Assembly: GCA_963742735.1 (NCBI GenBank)
Contig: CAVUMN010000004.1
Location: 1,440,001 to 1,504,000, forward strand
Length of the DNA stretch: 64,000 nt
DNA from: an uncultured Actinomycetes bacterium
GTDB taxonomy: Bacteria > Actinomycetota > UBA4738 > JBBDTT01
Direction: 5' to 3'
In this document: positions 23,447 to 32,970 of the stretch, in pieces
Layout: each line of letters opens with the position of its first letter
Numbering within the stretch: position 1 is the stretch's first letter
Notes under the pieces: model-generated
What the model saw: only the letters and a program-made list of their open reading frames with translations
Database searches by the model: none
Told to the model about the DNA's origin: nothing
Position numbers and translations under genes: made by a program

Positions 23447-26400
23447 ATGGCGAAGGCGGGCAAGAGCCGGTGGGCGATCGTGATCGCCATCCTGGCCGTC
23501 GTCGCGGTCGCCGCCGGGATTCTCATCTTCACCGGAGGCCAGTCCGAGGCGAAGCAGTTCGCCACCCTCCAGGTCCGCGAGGGACAGGTCGACGTCCGGA
23601 AGGCCGGCGCCGGGTTCCAGCCCGGCCGTGACGGCCAAGCGCTCGCCCAGGGCGACCTGGTTCGAACCGGACCGGACGGCATCGCGGAGATCACCTACTT
23701 CGATGGATCGCTGACCCGTCTGGGCCCCGACACCGAGTTCACGATCGAGGAGCTGTCCAGCCTCGACAACGACGCGAAGTCGAAGCGGATCAAGGGGTCG
23801 CACGACCGGGGCCGCACGTGGAATCGCGTCGAGAAGCTCGCGGACTCGGCGAGCCGGTTCGAGATCGAGACGCCGGTGGCGACGGCCGCGGCGCGCGGGA
23901 CCGTCTTCGCGACCTTCTGCGACTTCTTCGAGAACTGCACCATCGTCGCCATCGAGGACACCACCGAGGTCCTGATGGCGGACGGAACGGTCATCACCCT
24001 GAACGCCCTGGACGCGGTGACGATCAACGCCGACGGGACGCCGGGTGAGGTCATCCACTTCGACTCCCTCGACGCGTTGATCGAGGCGTTCGAGTGGGTC
24101 GACGAGAACGCGTGCGACATCGAGGAGATCGTCGACTGCGAGCCGGCCGAGCCCGAGCCCACGCCGACCGTGACGCCTCTTCCCGGTCCTTCGCCGACCG
24201 ACGGCACGTCGCCGGAGCCGATCGTCGAGCCGGCCGCCGAACCGCCGTCGAACTCGGTACCCGCTGCCGACTTCGCGCCGGCCTCGGCCACGGGCGGCGC
24301 GCCCCTGACCGTCGAGTTCACGAACCTCTCGTCCGATCCGGACGGCGACGCCCTGACCTTCGTGTGGGACTTCGGCGACGGCACGCCGCTGTCCGCGGCC
24401 GTGAACCCCTCGCACACCTTCGGGCTCGGCACGTGGAACGTGACCCTCACCGCGCGCGACGGCGCGGGCGCGACCGACTCGGCGACCCACACCATCTCCG
24501 CACTCGACATGACGGCGCCGGCCCCGCCGGTCATCACGTCACCGAGCGGCGCCGGCGTCATCGGCTCGGTGCCGATTACCTTCTCCGGCGACGCCGAGCA
24601 GGGCTCGGTCGTCAGGCTCTTCGACGGCGGGAGCCAGATCGGGTCGGACCAGGCGAACTCGCCGTTCGTGATCGTCGCGTCCCTCGCCGACGGGTCCCAC
24701 TCGATCACGGCGACGGCGACGGACGGCGCGGGGAATGAGAGCGGCCCGAGCGACCCGCTCCTCCTGGACGTCGAGGCCGTGAACGATCCACCGACCGCGT
24801 CCCTGTCCGTGGCGCCGGGCTCGGGGACACTCCCGCTCGCCGTGTCGTTCGACGGCTCCGGTTCTTCGGACAGCGACGATCCGCTCGACTCCTGGGTGCT
24901 CGCCTTCGGTGACGAGTCCACGGACGCGTCCGGCTCGGGAACGCCTCCCGCCTCGATCCCGCACACCTACTCGCCGGCCGGGCAGTTCGTGGCCACCCTC
25001 ACCGTCATCGATGCCCGTGGCGCGACCGACACCGACACCGCCACGGTCGATGTCAGCGAACCTCCGAACGCCGAGCCAAACGCGGTCAACGACACCGCCA
25101 CGACCGATGAGGACGACGCGGTCACGATCGATGTCCTCCTCAACGACACGGATTCGGACGGCGACACCCTCGACATCACGTCGGTCGGGACGCCCGCCGA
25201 CGGGGGCGCACAGATCGTCCTGGGCGACGCCGGCGAGGAGATCCAGTACACGCCCGACTCCGACTTCAACGGGGCGGACTCGTTCACCTACGCGATCTCG
25301 GACGGCAACGGCGGGACCGACTCGGCGACCGTCAACCTGACTGTCGATCCCGTCGACGACGAGGGTTCGGCCTCGCTCACCGCGGACGAGCCGGAGGGGA
25401 CCGCGCCCCACGAGGTCACCTTCACCATCGACGGCGAGGATCCCGACGGCCTGGTGAGCTGGTCGCTGGTCTTCGGCGACGAGGACACGGAGGGCGTCTC
25501 CGTCGCGTCGACGAACGGGGCGTGGCCGCCTCCCGCCGCGGGCGTGGCGCACACCTACGAGCTCCCCGGCGAGTACACCGCAACCCTGACGGTCACCGAC
25601 TCCGAGGGCGGTACCAGCCAGGCGACGACCGGCGTGACCGTCAACGCCCCGAACGCCGGGCCGACCGCTGTGCTGCTCCCCGAGACGGATACGGGTCACT
25701 GGCCGTACACCGTCTCCTTCGACGGGTCGGGCAGCAGCGACCCCGACGACGGGATCGCGTCCTGGTCGCTCGACTTCGGCGACGACAGCACTGACGCGTC
25801 CGGCACGGGAACGCCGCTGGCCTTGATCCTGCACGAGTACGAAAACCCGGGCGTGTACACCGCGACGCTCACCGTGACCGACGGCGAGGGTCTGACGGAC
25901 ACCGACACGTCCGCGATCACGGTCACCAACACGGCTCCGAACGCCGACGACGACACCCAGGTGACTGAGGAGAACAACTCCGTGTTCGTCGATGTCCTCG
26001 ACAACGACGAGGACCCTGACGGCGACGAGCTGACGATCGTCTCGGTCGGTGACCCCGCGAACGGCTTCGCCGAGATCGTCGAAACGGAGAGTGGGGGGCA
26101 GGCGGTCGAGTACACGCCGGACGAGGGGTTCGTCGGCAACGACACCTTCACGTACACGATCAGCGACGGCCAGACGACGGACAGCGCGAATGTCTCCGTG
26201 ACCGTCAACGCCCCGCCCGACGCGGTGGAGGATGCGTACCTGACCACGGATGACGAGGACACGGATGCGCCCGGGATCAACATCGGCGCCGAGAACGGCG
26301 TTCTCGCCAACGACGTGGACGACGAGGCGATCACCGCGACGCTGGTGGGCGACCCGTCCGGGGTGACTCTAAATGCGGACGGGTCGTTCACCGTGCTGTT

Positions 26401-29095
26401 CGCGTCCCCGTACGAAGACCTCCCCGTGCAGTTCGCGTACTCGGCGTGTGACCCGCTTGGCGCCTGCGACACGGCCACCGTCACCGTGAGCGAGCCGGCC
26501 GTCGAACTCGACGCGGTGAACGACACGGCCTCGCAGACCGGCGAACCGATCTACATCGACGTGCTCGAAAACGACCATGGCACAGGGATCTTCGTGGAGA
26601 GCTTCACCCAGCCGGGGTCCTCGCCGACCCAGGGCGAGGGCGCCGACGTCCACCGCAGCGAGGCCGAGGACAACAGCAACACCCTCGTCTACGCCCCGGG
26701 CGGAGGCTTCAGCGGTACCGACTCGTTCACCTACACGATCGAGGACGAGAACGGTGACCGGGATACGGCGACGGTGACGATTGAGGGCAGCGCGGATTCG
26801 GTAACGATCGTCCTGCATTGGCCGGCGGTCGGACGGGACCTGGATCTTCACGTGCAACCACCCACAGGGCTGCAGCTCTACTACGGCCTCCGGTGTCTGG
26901 AAGGCGCCACCCTGCCCTGCTGGGCCGAGCAGGACATCGACGTCACCCAAGGCCCCCCCGGAACCGAGACCGACACGATCTACACGCTCGATCCGAACTA
27001 TCAGACGGGCGGGTACGTCATCTACATCGACAACTTCTCCTGCGGCCAGCACACGTACGAGGGAACCGGGGCGACGGTGACCGTGAACACCGCCTCGGGC
27101 AGCCAGACCTTCAGCCTTCCGACTGGAGATCAGACGCTCCGGCAGTGGAACGTCGGAACGCTCACGCTCGGCGCCGCCGGCGCTGGCTCGGTGACCCCGG
27201 CGCAGACGTTCTCCGGCGGGTTCTGTGGGAACAATCCTCCAGTGGCGGTGGACGATGAGCTGCAGACGGCTCCCAACACGCCGCTGACGTTCTCGACCGG
27301 CGATCTCGAGGTCAACGACTACGACCTCGAGTTCGACGACTTCCACGTGGCCTCGATCGATGCGAGCTCGGCTCAGGGGGGCATCATCCAGGAGCAGTTC
27401 TGCGAAGGGAGCTACTGCGAGTACATCTACACGCCACCGGCCGACATCGAGAGCGACTCCTTCGACTATGTGCTGGTGGACGACAACTTGAACTCCGGCG
27501 AGGAGAGCGTGGGCACGGTGACCGTGCTGGTCGGGAACTCGGCGCCGGTCGCGGAGGACGACGAGATCACCGCGTCGATCGATCGGCCCAAGACCTTCTC
27601 GCCCTTCGAGCTGCTCTGGAACGATGTCGACCCCGAGGAGGACGAGATCCGCGTGCTCGAGGTGGACCCGGCCTCGACCGAGGGGGGCACGGTCGTGTTG
27701 CTGAACGGGGAGGATCCGGAGAACGCGCAGATCGAGTACACGCCGCCGGCGGAGTACACGGGACCCGATTCGTTCACCTACACGGTCGTGGATGTATACG
27801 GCGCAACGGACCCGGGGAGCGTTGGAACCGTGAACGTGACGGTCCTGGGCGAGGAGCCGCCGGTGGCTGTGGACGATCCCGACCCGGAGGTTCGGGGGGA
27901 GTTCGTCGTTCCGCCCGGGGCCCCGACGGAGCTCGCCAGCTCCCTGCTGACGATCAACGACCACGACCCCAACGACGATCCGTTGTCGATCATCTCGGTC
28001 GACGGATCGTCCTCTCTGGGGACGGTCGCGATGGCGGGATCTGGAGGCGTGCTGTACACGCCCCCCGATGATTTCCAGGGCCTCGACACCTTCACCTACA
28101 CGATCGGGGACGGGACGGGATTTACCGACAGCGCGACCGTCACCGTGGCCGTCGACGACAACCCCTGCACGGAGTTCGGCTGCGTAAACGAACCGCCGGT
28201 GGCCGGGCCAGATTTCGCCAGTACCCCAGAGGGCACACTCCTGACCCTGTCTCAGGAGGACCTGTTCGTAAACGACTTCGACCCGAACGGCGACGCCTTC
28301 TTCATCCTAGGAGTGGACGCCGCTTCGGTCGAGGATGGTGGGGAACCCGGCGTGCATCAGGTAAACGGGGTCACGTTCGTCACCTACAGGGCGAACGCGG
28401 GTTTCACCGGGATCGACTCGTTCTCGTACTACCTGGTGGACGAGTGGGGGAACGGCTTCGATGAGGACACAGGCGTCTCTGAGAGCGCAGGCCTGATCAC
28501 CGTCACCGTCGGGTCCGAGTTCGCTGGGTTGGCAGCCCCGGAGGGTTCCGACGAACGACTCCCGCGGTCGAGGCGCCACGGGGGAGATGCGGCGTCCACG
28601 GGTTCGGGCGCCACCCTCTCCCGGCTGCGCGCGGAGCTCTCCGGTACGAGCGCAACGCTCACCTGGGACGAGGGGATCGAGGGCGTGGCGCGGTGGTCCA
28701 CGACCGAGTACCCGACGCGGCCCACGGCGGGGACCGAGGGCTGCCGGGGAGTCGGGGAGTGTCGGATCGACGGCCTGCCCGGGGGCTCGACCGTGTACGT
28801 GACGGTGTTCAGCGAGCGGGGGCGGGTGACGCCGGTGGTCGACGTGAACGCGGTCCAGGTGGCCGTCCCGGCCTCGACGGAGCCCATTCCGACGGAGCCC
28901 ACTCCGACCGAGCCGACCCCGATCGAGCCGACCCCGACGGAGCCCGCCCCGACGGAGCCCGCCCCGACGGAGCCCACTCCGGCGGAGCCGCCGCCGCCCG
29001 AGCCGCTGGAACCGGCGCCGGCCGACGAGGCCACCCCGCCTCCTGAGCCGGTGGCCACCGAGCCGCCTGAGGACCCGGTGGAGGTCCCCGACTAG
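23447..29095 (+). CDS. Giant surface protein 1: TM + FecR-like + PKD/Ig/cadherin-like + YfaP-like + FN3-like + PTEP tail
   Basis: GDLVRTGPDGIAEITYFDGSLTRLGPDT and FEIETPVATAAARGTVF; WDFGDG PKD motifs; DVLxND and F.G.DSFTY repeats; DLDLHV segment. Confidence 0.85.
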   Translation: MAKAGKSRWAIVIAILAVVAVAAGILIFTGGQSEAKQFATLQVREGQVDVRKAGAGFQPGRDGQALAQGDLVRTGPDGIAEITYFDGSLTRLGPDTEFTIEELSSLDNDAKSKRIKGSHDRGRTWNRVEKLADSASRFEIETPVATAAARGTVFATFCDFFENCTIVAIEDTTEVLMADGTVITLNALDAVTINADGTPGEVIHFDSLDALIEAFEWVDENACDIEEIVDCEPAEPEPTPTVTPLPGPSPTDGTSPEPIVEPAAEPPSNSVPAADFAPASATGGAPLTVEFTNLSSDPDGDALTFVWDFGDGTPLSAAVNPSHTFGLGTWNVTLTARDGAGATDSATHTISALDMTAPAPPVITSPSGAGVIGSVPITFSGDAEQGSVVRLFDGGSQIGSDQANSPFVIVASLADGSHSITATATDGAGNESGPSDPLLLDVEAVNDPPTASLSVAPGSGTLPLAVSFDGSGSSDSDDPLDSWVLAFGDESTDASGSGTPPASIPHTYSPAGQFVATLTVIDARGATDTDTATVDVSEPPNAEPNAVNDTATTDEDDAVTIDVLLNDTDSDGDTLDITSVGTPADGGAQIVLGDAGEEIQYTPDSDFNGADSFTYAISDGNGGTDSATVNLTVDPVDDEGSASLTADEPEGTAPHEVTFTIDGEDPDGLVSWSLVFGDEDTEGVSVASTNGAWPPPAAGVAHTYELPGEYTATLTVTDSEGGTSQATTGVTVNAPNAGPTAVLLPETDTGHWPYTVSFDGSGSSDPDDGIASWSLDFGDDSTDASGTGTPLALILHEYENPGVYTATLTVTDGEGLTDTDTSAITVTNTAPNADDDTQVTEENNSVFVDVLDNDEDPDGDELTIVSVGDPANGFAEIVETESGGQAVEYTPDEGFVGNDTFTYTISDGQTTDSANVSVTVNAPPDAVEDAYLTTDDEDTDAPGINIGAENGVLANDVDDEAITATLVGDPSGVTLNADGSFTVLFASPYEDLPVQFAYSACDPLGACDTATVTVSEPAVELDAVNDTASQTGEPIYIDVLENDHGTGIFVESFTQPGSSPTQGEGADVHRSEAEDNSNTLVYAPGGGFSGTDSFTYTIEDENGDRDTATVTIEGSADSVTIVLHWPAVGRDLDLHVQPPTGLQLYYGLRCLEGATLPCWAEQDIDVTQGPPGTETDTIYTLDPNYQTGGYVIYIDNFSCGQHTYEGTGATVTVNTASGSQTFSLPTGDQTLRQWNVGTLTLGAAGAGSVTPAQTFSGGFCGNNPPVAVDDELQTAPNTPLTFSTGDLEVNDYDLEFDDFHVASIDASSAQGGIIQEQFCEGSYCEYIYTPPADIESDSFDYVLVDDNLNSGEESVGTVTVLVGNSAPVAEDDEITASIDRPKTFSPFELLWNDVDPEEDEIRVLEVDPASTEGGTVVLLNGEDPENAQIEYTPPAEYTGPDSFTYTVVDVYGATDPGSVGTVNVTVLGEEPPVAVDDPDPEVRGEFVVPPGAPTELASSLLTINDHDPNDDPLSIISVDGSSSLGTVAMAGSGGVLYTPPDDFQGLDTFTYTIGDGTGFTDSATVTVAVDDNPCTEFGCVNEPPVAGPDFASTPEGTLLTLSQEDLFVNDFDPNGDAFFILGVDAASVEDGGEPGVHQVNGVTFVTYRANAGFTGIDSFSYYLVDEWGNGFDEDTGVSESAGLITVTVGSEFAGLAAPEGSDERLPRSRRHGGDAASTGSGATLSRLRAELSGTSATLTWDEGIEGVARWSTTEYPTRPTAGTEGCRGVGECRIDGLPGGSTVYVTVFSERGRVTPVVDVNAVQVAVPASTEPIPTEPTPTEPTPIEPTPTEPAPTEPAPTEPTPAEPPPPEPLEPAPADEATPPPEPVATEPPEDPVEVPD
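28877..29090 (+). repeat. Pro-rich (P-T-E-P-x)n 15-bp coding repeats
   Basis: CCGACGGAGCCC-type units encoding PTEPT/PTEPA. Confidence 0.7.
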
Positions 29096-29138
29096 CTCGG
29101 AGTCGCTCCACCCGCCAGACCCCAACTCGCTCGGCGTC

Positions 29139-29167
29139 TTGTCCGGATCGCTCCGGTCGGGGAGAAT
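29139..29167 (+). promoter_or_regulatory. Promoter shared by the FecR paralogs (copy 2, no CRP box seen)
   Basis: TTGTCC-N17-GAGAAT. Confidence 0.55.
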
Positions 29168-29215
29168 CATCCTTCCGTGCGCCGGGATGTCCCGGCGAGC
29201 CGGAAGGAGACAGCG

Positions 29216-32200
29216 TTGTCGAAGGTGCGCAGACGCCGCCTGGCCCTTCTGTCCGGCATCGTGGTTCTGGCGCTGATCGGCGTCGGCCTTTTCGTGTTCC
29301 TCGGCGGCGACGCCTCGGCGAAGCAGTTCGCGACGCTCACCGTCCTGGAAGGCCAGGTCGAGGTGGCCGAGGACGGGGGAGACTTCGGGCCTGCCCGCGA
29401 CGGCCAGCCCCTGTCCCAGGGCGACGTGGTTCGCACGGGCGACGACGGCCGCGCCGAGATCGAGTACTTCGAGGGTTCGCTCACCCGGCTGGACTTCGAC
29501 ACGGAGTTCGAGCTCGAGGAGCTCGCCACCCTCGACGGGACGAGCACGCGGATCGTCGGGAACAAGACCAAGGGCCAGACCTGGAATCGCGTCACCAAGC
29601 TCGCCGACGCGGACAGTCGCTTCGAGATCAAGACCCCGAATGCGACGGCCGCGGTCCGGGGCACGCTGTTCCTCACGCGGTGCGACCCGACCGGCTGCAC
29701 GTTCGTCTCGCTCGAAGAGGCCATCGAGGTCTGCGTCGACGAGGAGTGCGTGACGTTGAACCCGTTCGACGTCGTGTTCGTCTCGGCCGACGGGGAGATC
29801 GGCCCGGTGACCCAGACGACCGAGGCGGAGCTCGCCGAGCTCGAGTGGGTCGTCTACAACCAGTGCGAGCTGGGGGATCGGGCGTTCCTCGTCGTCTTCG
29901 TCCTGTGTCCACCCGAGGAGCCGCCGACGCCGGAGCCGACGCCGCTGCCGGAACCGAGTCCCACCCCGACCGAGACGCCGGACGAGGGCGACGGCGTCAC
30001 CCCGCCCGAGGGCGAGACCCCGGGTGACGAGGGGACACCCGACGGCGACGGCGACGGGGGCGGCGGCGGTCCGGGCCCGGTCACTCCGCCGGGCGACGAC
30101 GATGCTCCCGCGCCGCCGGTGATCCTGGAGCCGGACCCCGGCGACACCGTGACGGGCAACCCGGTGACGATCCAGGGCCTGGCCGAGTCGGGCTCGACCG
30201 TTGGTGTCCTCGAGGGCTCCGAGCTGCTCGGGGTGACCCCGGTCAACTCGCCGTGGCAGATCGACCTTCGCTTCGCGCCGGGGACGCACACGATCCGGGC
30301 GACGGCGACCGACGCCGCGGGGAACCGCAGCAAGCCGAGCGACCCCGTGACCTTCGTCCTGGAGCTGATGCAGCCGCCGCCTCCACCGCCACCTTCAGCG
30401 GACCTCGCGGTGGAGAAGTCCGGACCCTCGTCGATCTTCGACGACGAGATCGCGAACTACGTCGTCACCGTGACCAACCGCGGCCCGGACGTCGCCGCCG
30501 ACGTCGTCCTCACCGACCGGGTCGAGGGCGGCCGCACCGAGAGCTTTGCGGGACCCGGCGACTGCACCCTCTCCGACTCGGAGCGGCGCGTGGTGTGTCG
30601 CCTCGGCGATCTCGAGCCCGGTGAGTCCGTGGGCCTCGGGGTGGACGTCGCCCCGGGTCCGCTCGCGGGCTCCATCGTCAACACCGCGTCGGTGGACTCC
30701 GACACGGACGACCCGCGGACGGGCAACTCGTCGGCGACCGCGGTCACGAGCATCACCCGTCGCGCGGCCAACCTGTCGCTGGTCAAGACCGGGCCGGCCT
30801 CAGCGGACGAGGGGGACTCGGTCGTCCATACGCTGACCGTGTCGAACGCGGGTCCCGACGACGCGATCGGCGTCACCACCACCGACACCGTCACGGGCGG
30901 CACGGTTTCCTCCGTCTCGGATCCCGCGGGTACGAGCTGTACCTTCGCCGGCTCGCAGGTCGACTGCTTCACCGCGGTCCTTCCCTCGGGGACGCAGGCG
31001 GTCATCCAGGTGACCGTCATGCCCAACGAGGGCGTTGCCGTCGTGCGCGACTCGGCCGTGACGTCGTCGGAGACCCTCGACCCGAACGAGGCGAACAACG
31101 ACGACACGTTCACCACCGCGATCATCCCCGACGTCGCGAACCTCTCCATCCAGAAGACCGGTCCGAGCACCATCGACGCGGATGGGGTGGCGGTGTACAC
31201 GATCACCGTCACCAACAACGGTCCGGCGGCCGCGGAGAACCTGGTGGTGGAAGACGTGGTCTCCGGCGGATTCATCGTGGGGATGTCCTCGGCGTCCGCG
31301 GGCGTCGACTGCCCGGACTTCGAGACCACCGGCGGAGGGCCCAGCTCCGAGACCTGCACGCTGGCCTCGCTCGGCGTGGGGCAGTCCATCCACATCCAGG
31401 TCGAGGTGCAACACGACGGCTCGTCGTCCTCGATCGTCGACTCCGCCACCGCGTCCGCGGACAACGCCGAGCCGAAGTCCGACGGCGCGACGACCAACGT
31501 GGACTTCCCCGCCCCGGATCTGTCCATCAACAAGTCCGGCCCGAACGCCATCGAGTCGGGAGACGAGGCGACCTACACCATCACGGTGAGCAACGACGGG
31601 GACGCGGCGGCGACCAACGTCGTGGTGACCGACACCGTGCAGTTCGGTGGGTTCATCGACTCGATGTTCTCCGAGTCGCCGGGTGTGGACTGTCCCGGCG
31701 GAGGCGACGAGGTCACGGCCGCGTTCGATCAGGCGGCCTGCACCATGGAGTCGCTCGATCCCGGCGAGACGATCGAGATCGAGGTCGAGGTCGATCACGA
31801 CGGCGAGTCGCCGGCGATCCTGAACACGGCGAACGCCTCGGCCGACAACGCGCAATCGGTCTTCGACGGCAAGGTCACTCAGGTGAACGAACCGGCCGGA
31901 GCAGACCTCGAGGTGACCAAGACGGGGGACACCCTCATCGGAGAGTTCGACGACGCGGAGTACACCGTGACGGTTACGAACAACGGACCCGAGACGGCGA
32001 CCAACGTCCTGCTCGACGAGGAGCTGACCAACGCGACCTTCGACGAGGTCAGCGCGGGCAAGGGCAGTCCCTGTGGTTTCTTCACGCCGGGGAACATGAG
32101 CATCATCACGGACTGTCCCCTCGGAGACATCGCCCCCGGGGACTCGGTCTCGCTCTTCGTCGAGGCCGCTCCGGACGGGCCGGGCACGATGACCAACACC

Positions 32201-32821
32201 GCCTCCGTCACCTCCGACACCGCGGACCCGGTCCCGGGGAACAACATCGACACCGCGGTGACGGACGTCGAGGAGGAGATCGACGTCGATCTGACCGGGG
32301 CGGCGGCGCGGGACGGCATCCGGGAGGACAAGGAGGACGGCCGCCGGTCGCGCATGGGGATCGCCGGCATCCGCGCGGTCGGCACGCGCTTTGGCGTGCG
32401 GGTGACCTGGCAGCAGACGTCGGGCTCCGCGGCGATCGTTCGCTACGCCACCGCGGACTTCCCGACCTCGGTCGACGCCGGCCGGGCCGGCTGCTCCGGC
32501 GTGGGAGGCTGCACGATCACCGGTCTCCTTCGGGGGACGACGGTCTACCTGACGGTCTTCGCGCCCGGAGAGCGCTCGGTCACCCCGGTCCGCCGGGTGA
32601 ACGCCGCCTCGCTCAAGGTTCGGGTCGAGGCCACCTCGCCCGGAGCCGGCGATCGGAGGACGTCGGGGGCCGGAGGGACGCGCTCGGGCACCGGCGACGA
32701 CGCTCCGATCCGGTCCAGGACCGACCGGGATCGCCTCAGGTCCGACGCCCCCCGCGAGCGCACTCGGGACACCTCGGACGGCGGCGGCACGTCCAGATGG
32801 AGTGTGAAGCGGGAGCGCTGA
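29216..32821 (+). CDS. Giant surface protein 2: TM + FecR-like + Ig + 5x DUF11 + FN3-like
   Basis: TTG start after AAGGAG; FEIKTPNATAAVRGTLF; five (D/N)LxxxK(S/T)G...TVxNxG DUF11 units. Confidence 0.85.
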   Translation: MSKVRRRRLALLSGIVVLALIGVGLFVFLGGDASAKQFATLTVLEGQVEVAEDGGDFGPARDGQPLSQGDVVRTGDDGRAEIEYFEGSLTRLDFDTEFELEELATLDGTSTRIVGNKTKGQTWNRVTKLADADSRFEIKTPNATAAVRGTLFLTRCDPTGCTFVSLEEAIEVCVDEECVTLNPFDVVFVSADGEIGPVTQTTEAELAELEWVVYNQCELGDRAFLVVFVLCPPEEPPTPEPTPLPEPSPTPTETPDEGDGVTPPEGETPGDEGTPDGDGDGGGGGPGPVTPPGDDDAPAPPVILEPDPGDTVTGNPVTIQGLAESGSTVGVLEGSELLGVTPVNSPWQIDLRFAPGTHTIRATATDAAGNRSKPSDPVTFVLELMQPPPPPPPSADLAVEKSGPSSIFDDEIANYVVTVTNRGPDVAADVVLTDRVEGGRTESFAGPGDCTLSDSERRVVCRLGDLEPGESVGLGVDVAPGPLAGSIVNTASVDSDTDDPRTGNSSATAVTSITRRAANLSLVKTGPASADEGDSVVHTLTVSNAGPDDAIGVTTTDTVTGGTVSSVSDPAGTSCTFAGSQVDCFTAVLPSGTQAVIQVTVMPNEGVAVVRDSAVTSSETLDPNEANNDDTFTTAIIPDVANLSIQKTGPSTIDADGVAVYTITVTNNGPAAAENLVVEDVVSGGFIVGMSSASAGVDCPDFETTGGGPSSETCTLASLGVGQSIHIQVEVQHDGSSSSIVDSATASADNAEPKSDGATTNVDFPAPDLSINKSGPNAIESGDEATYTITVSNDGDAAATNVVVTDTVQFGGFIDSMFSESPGVDCPGGGDEVTAAFDQAACTMESLDPGETIEIEVEVDHDGESPAILNTANASADNAQSVFDGKVTQVNEPAGADLEVTKTGDTLIGEFDDAEYTVTVTNNGPETATNVLLDEELTNATFDEVSAGKGSPCGFFTPGNMSIITDCPLGDIAPGDSVSLFVEAAPDGPGTMTNTASVTSDTADPVPGNNIDTAVTDVEEEIDVDLTGAAARDGIREDKEDGRRSRMGIAGIRAVGTRFGVRVTWQQTSGSAAIVRYATADFPTSVDAGRAGCSGVGGCTITGLLRGTTVYLTVFAPGERSVTPVRRVNAASLKVRVEATSPGAGDRRTSGAGGTRSGTGDDAPIRSRTDRDRLRSDAPRERTRDTSDGGGTSRWSVKRER

Positions 32822-32851
32822 GCACAATTGTGTTCAAGAGTCCACGCTCAA

Positions 32852-32867
32852 CGTGACAAGGGTCACT
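32852..32867 (+). promoter_or_regulatory. CRP/GlxR-type box upstream of FecR gene 3
   Basis: CGTGA-CAAGGG-TCACT. Confidence 0.65.
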
Positions 32868-32876
32868 CTGGAAACC

Positions 32877-32906
32877 TTGTCCCATTCGGCCAGCATCAGG
32901 GAGAAT
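32877..32906 (+). promoter_or_regulatory. Promoter shared by the FecR paralogs (copy 3)
   Basis: TTGTCC-N18-GAGAAT. Confidence 0.6.
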
Positions 32907-32970
32907 AGGGCCGTTCGGGCGCCCCCCAGTCTCGCTGACGGCGCACCGGTACTTCTAGGGAAGCGGGCTG

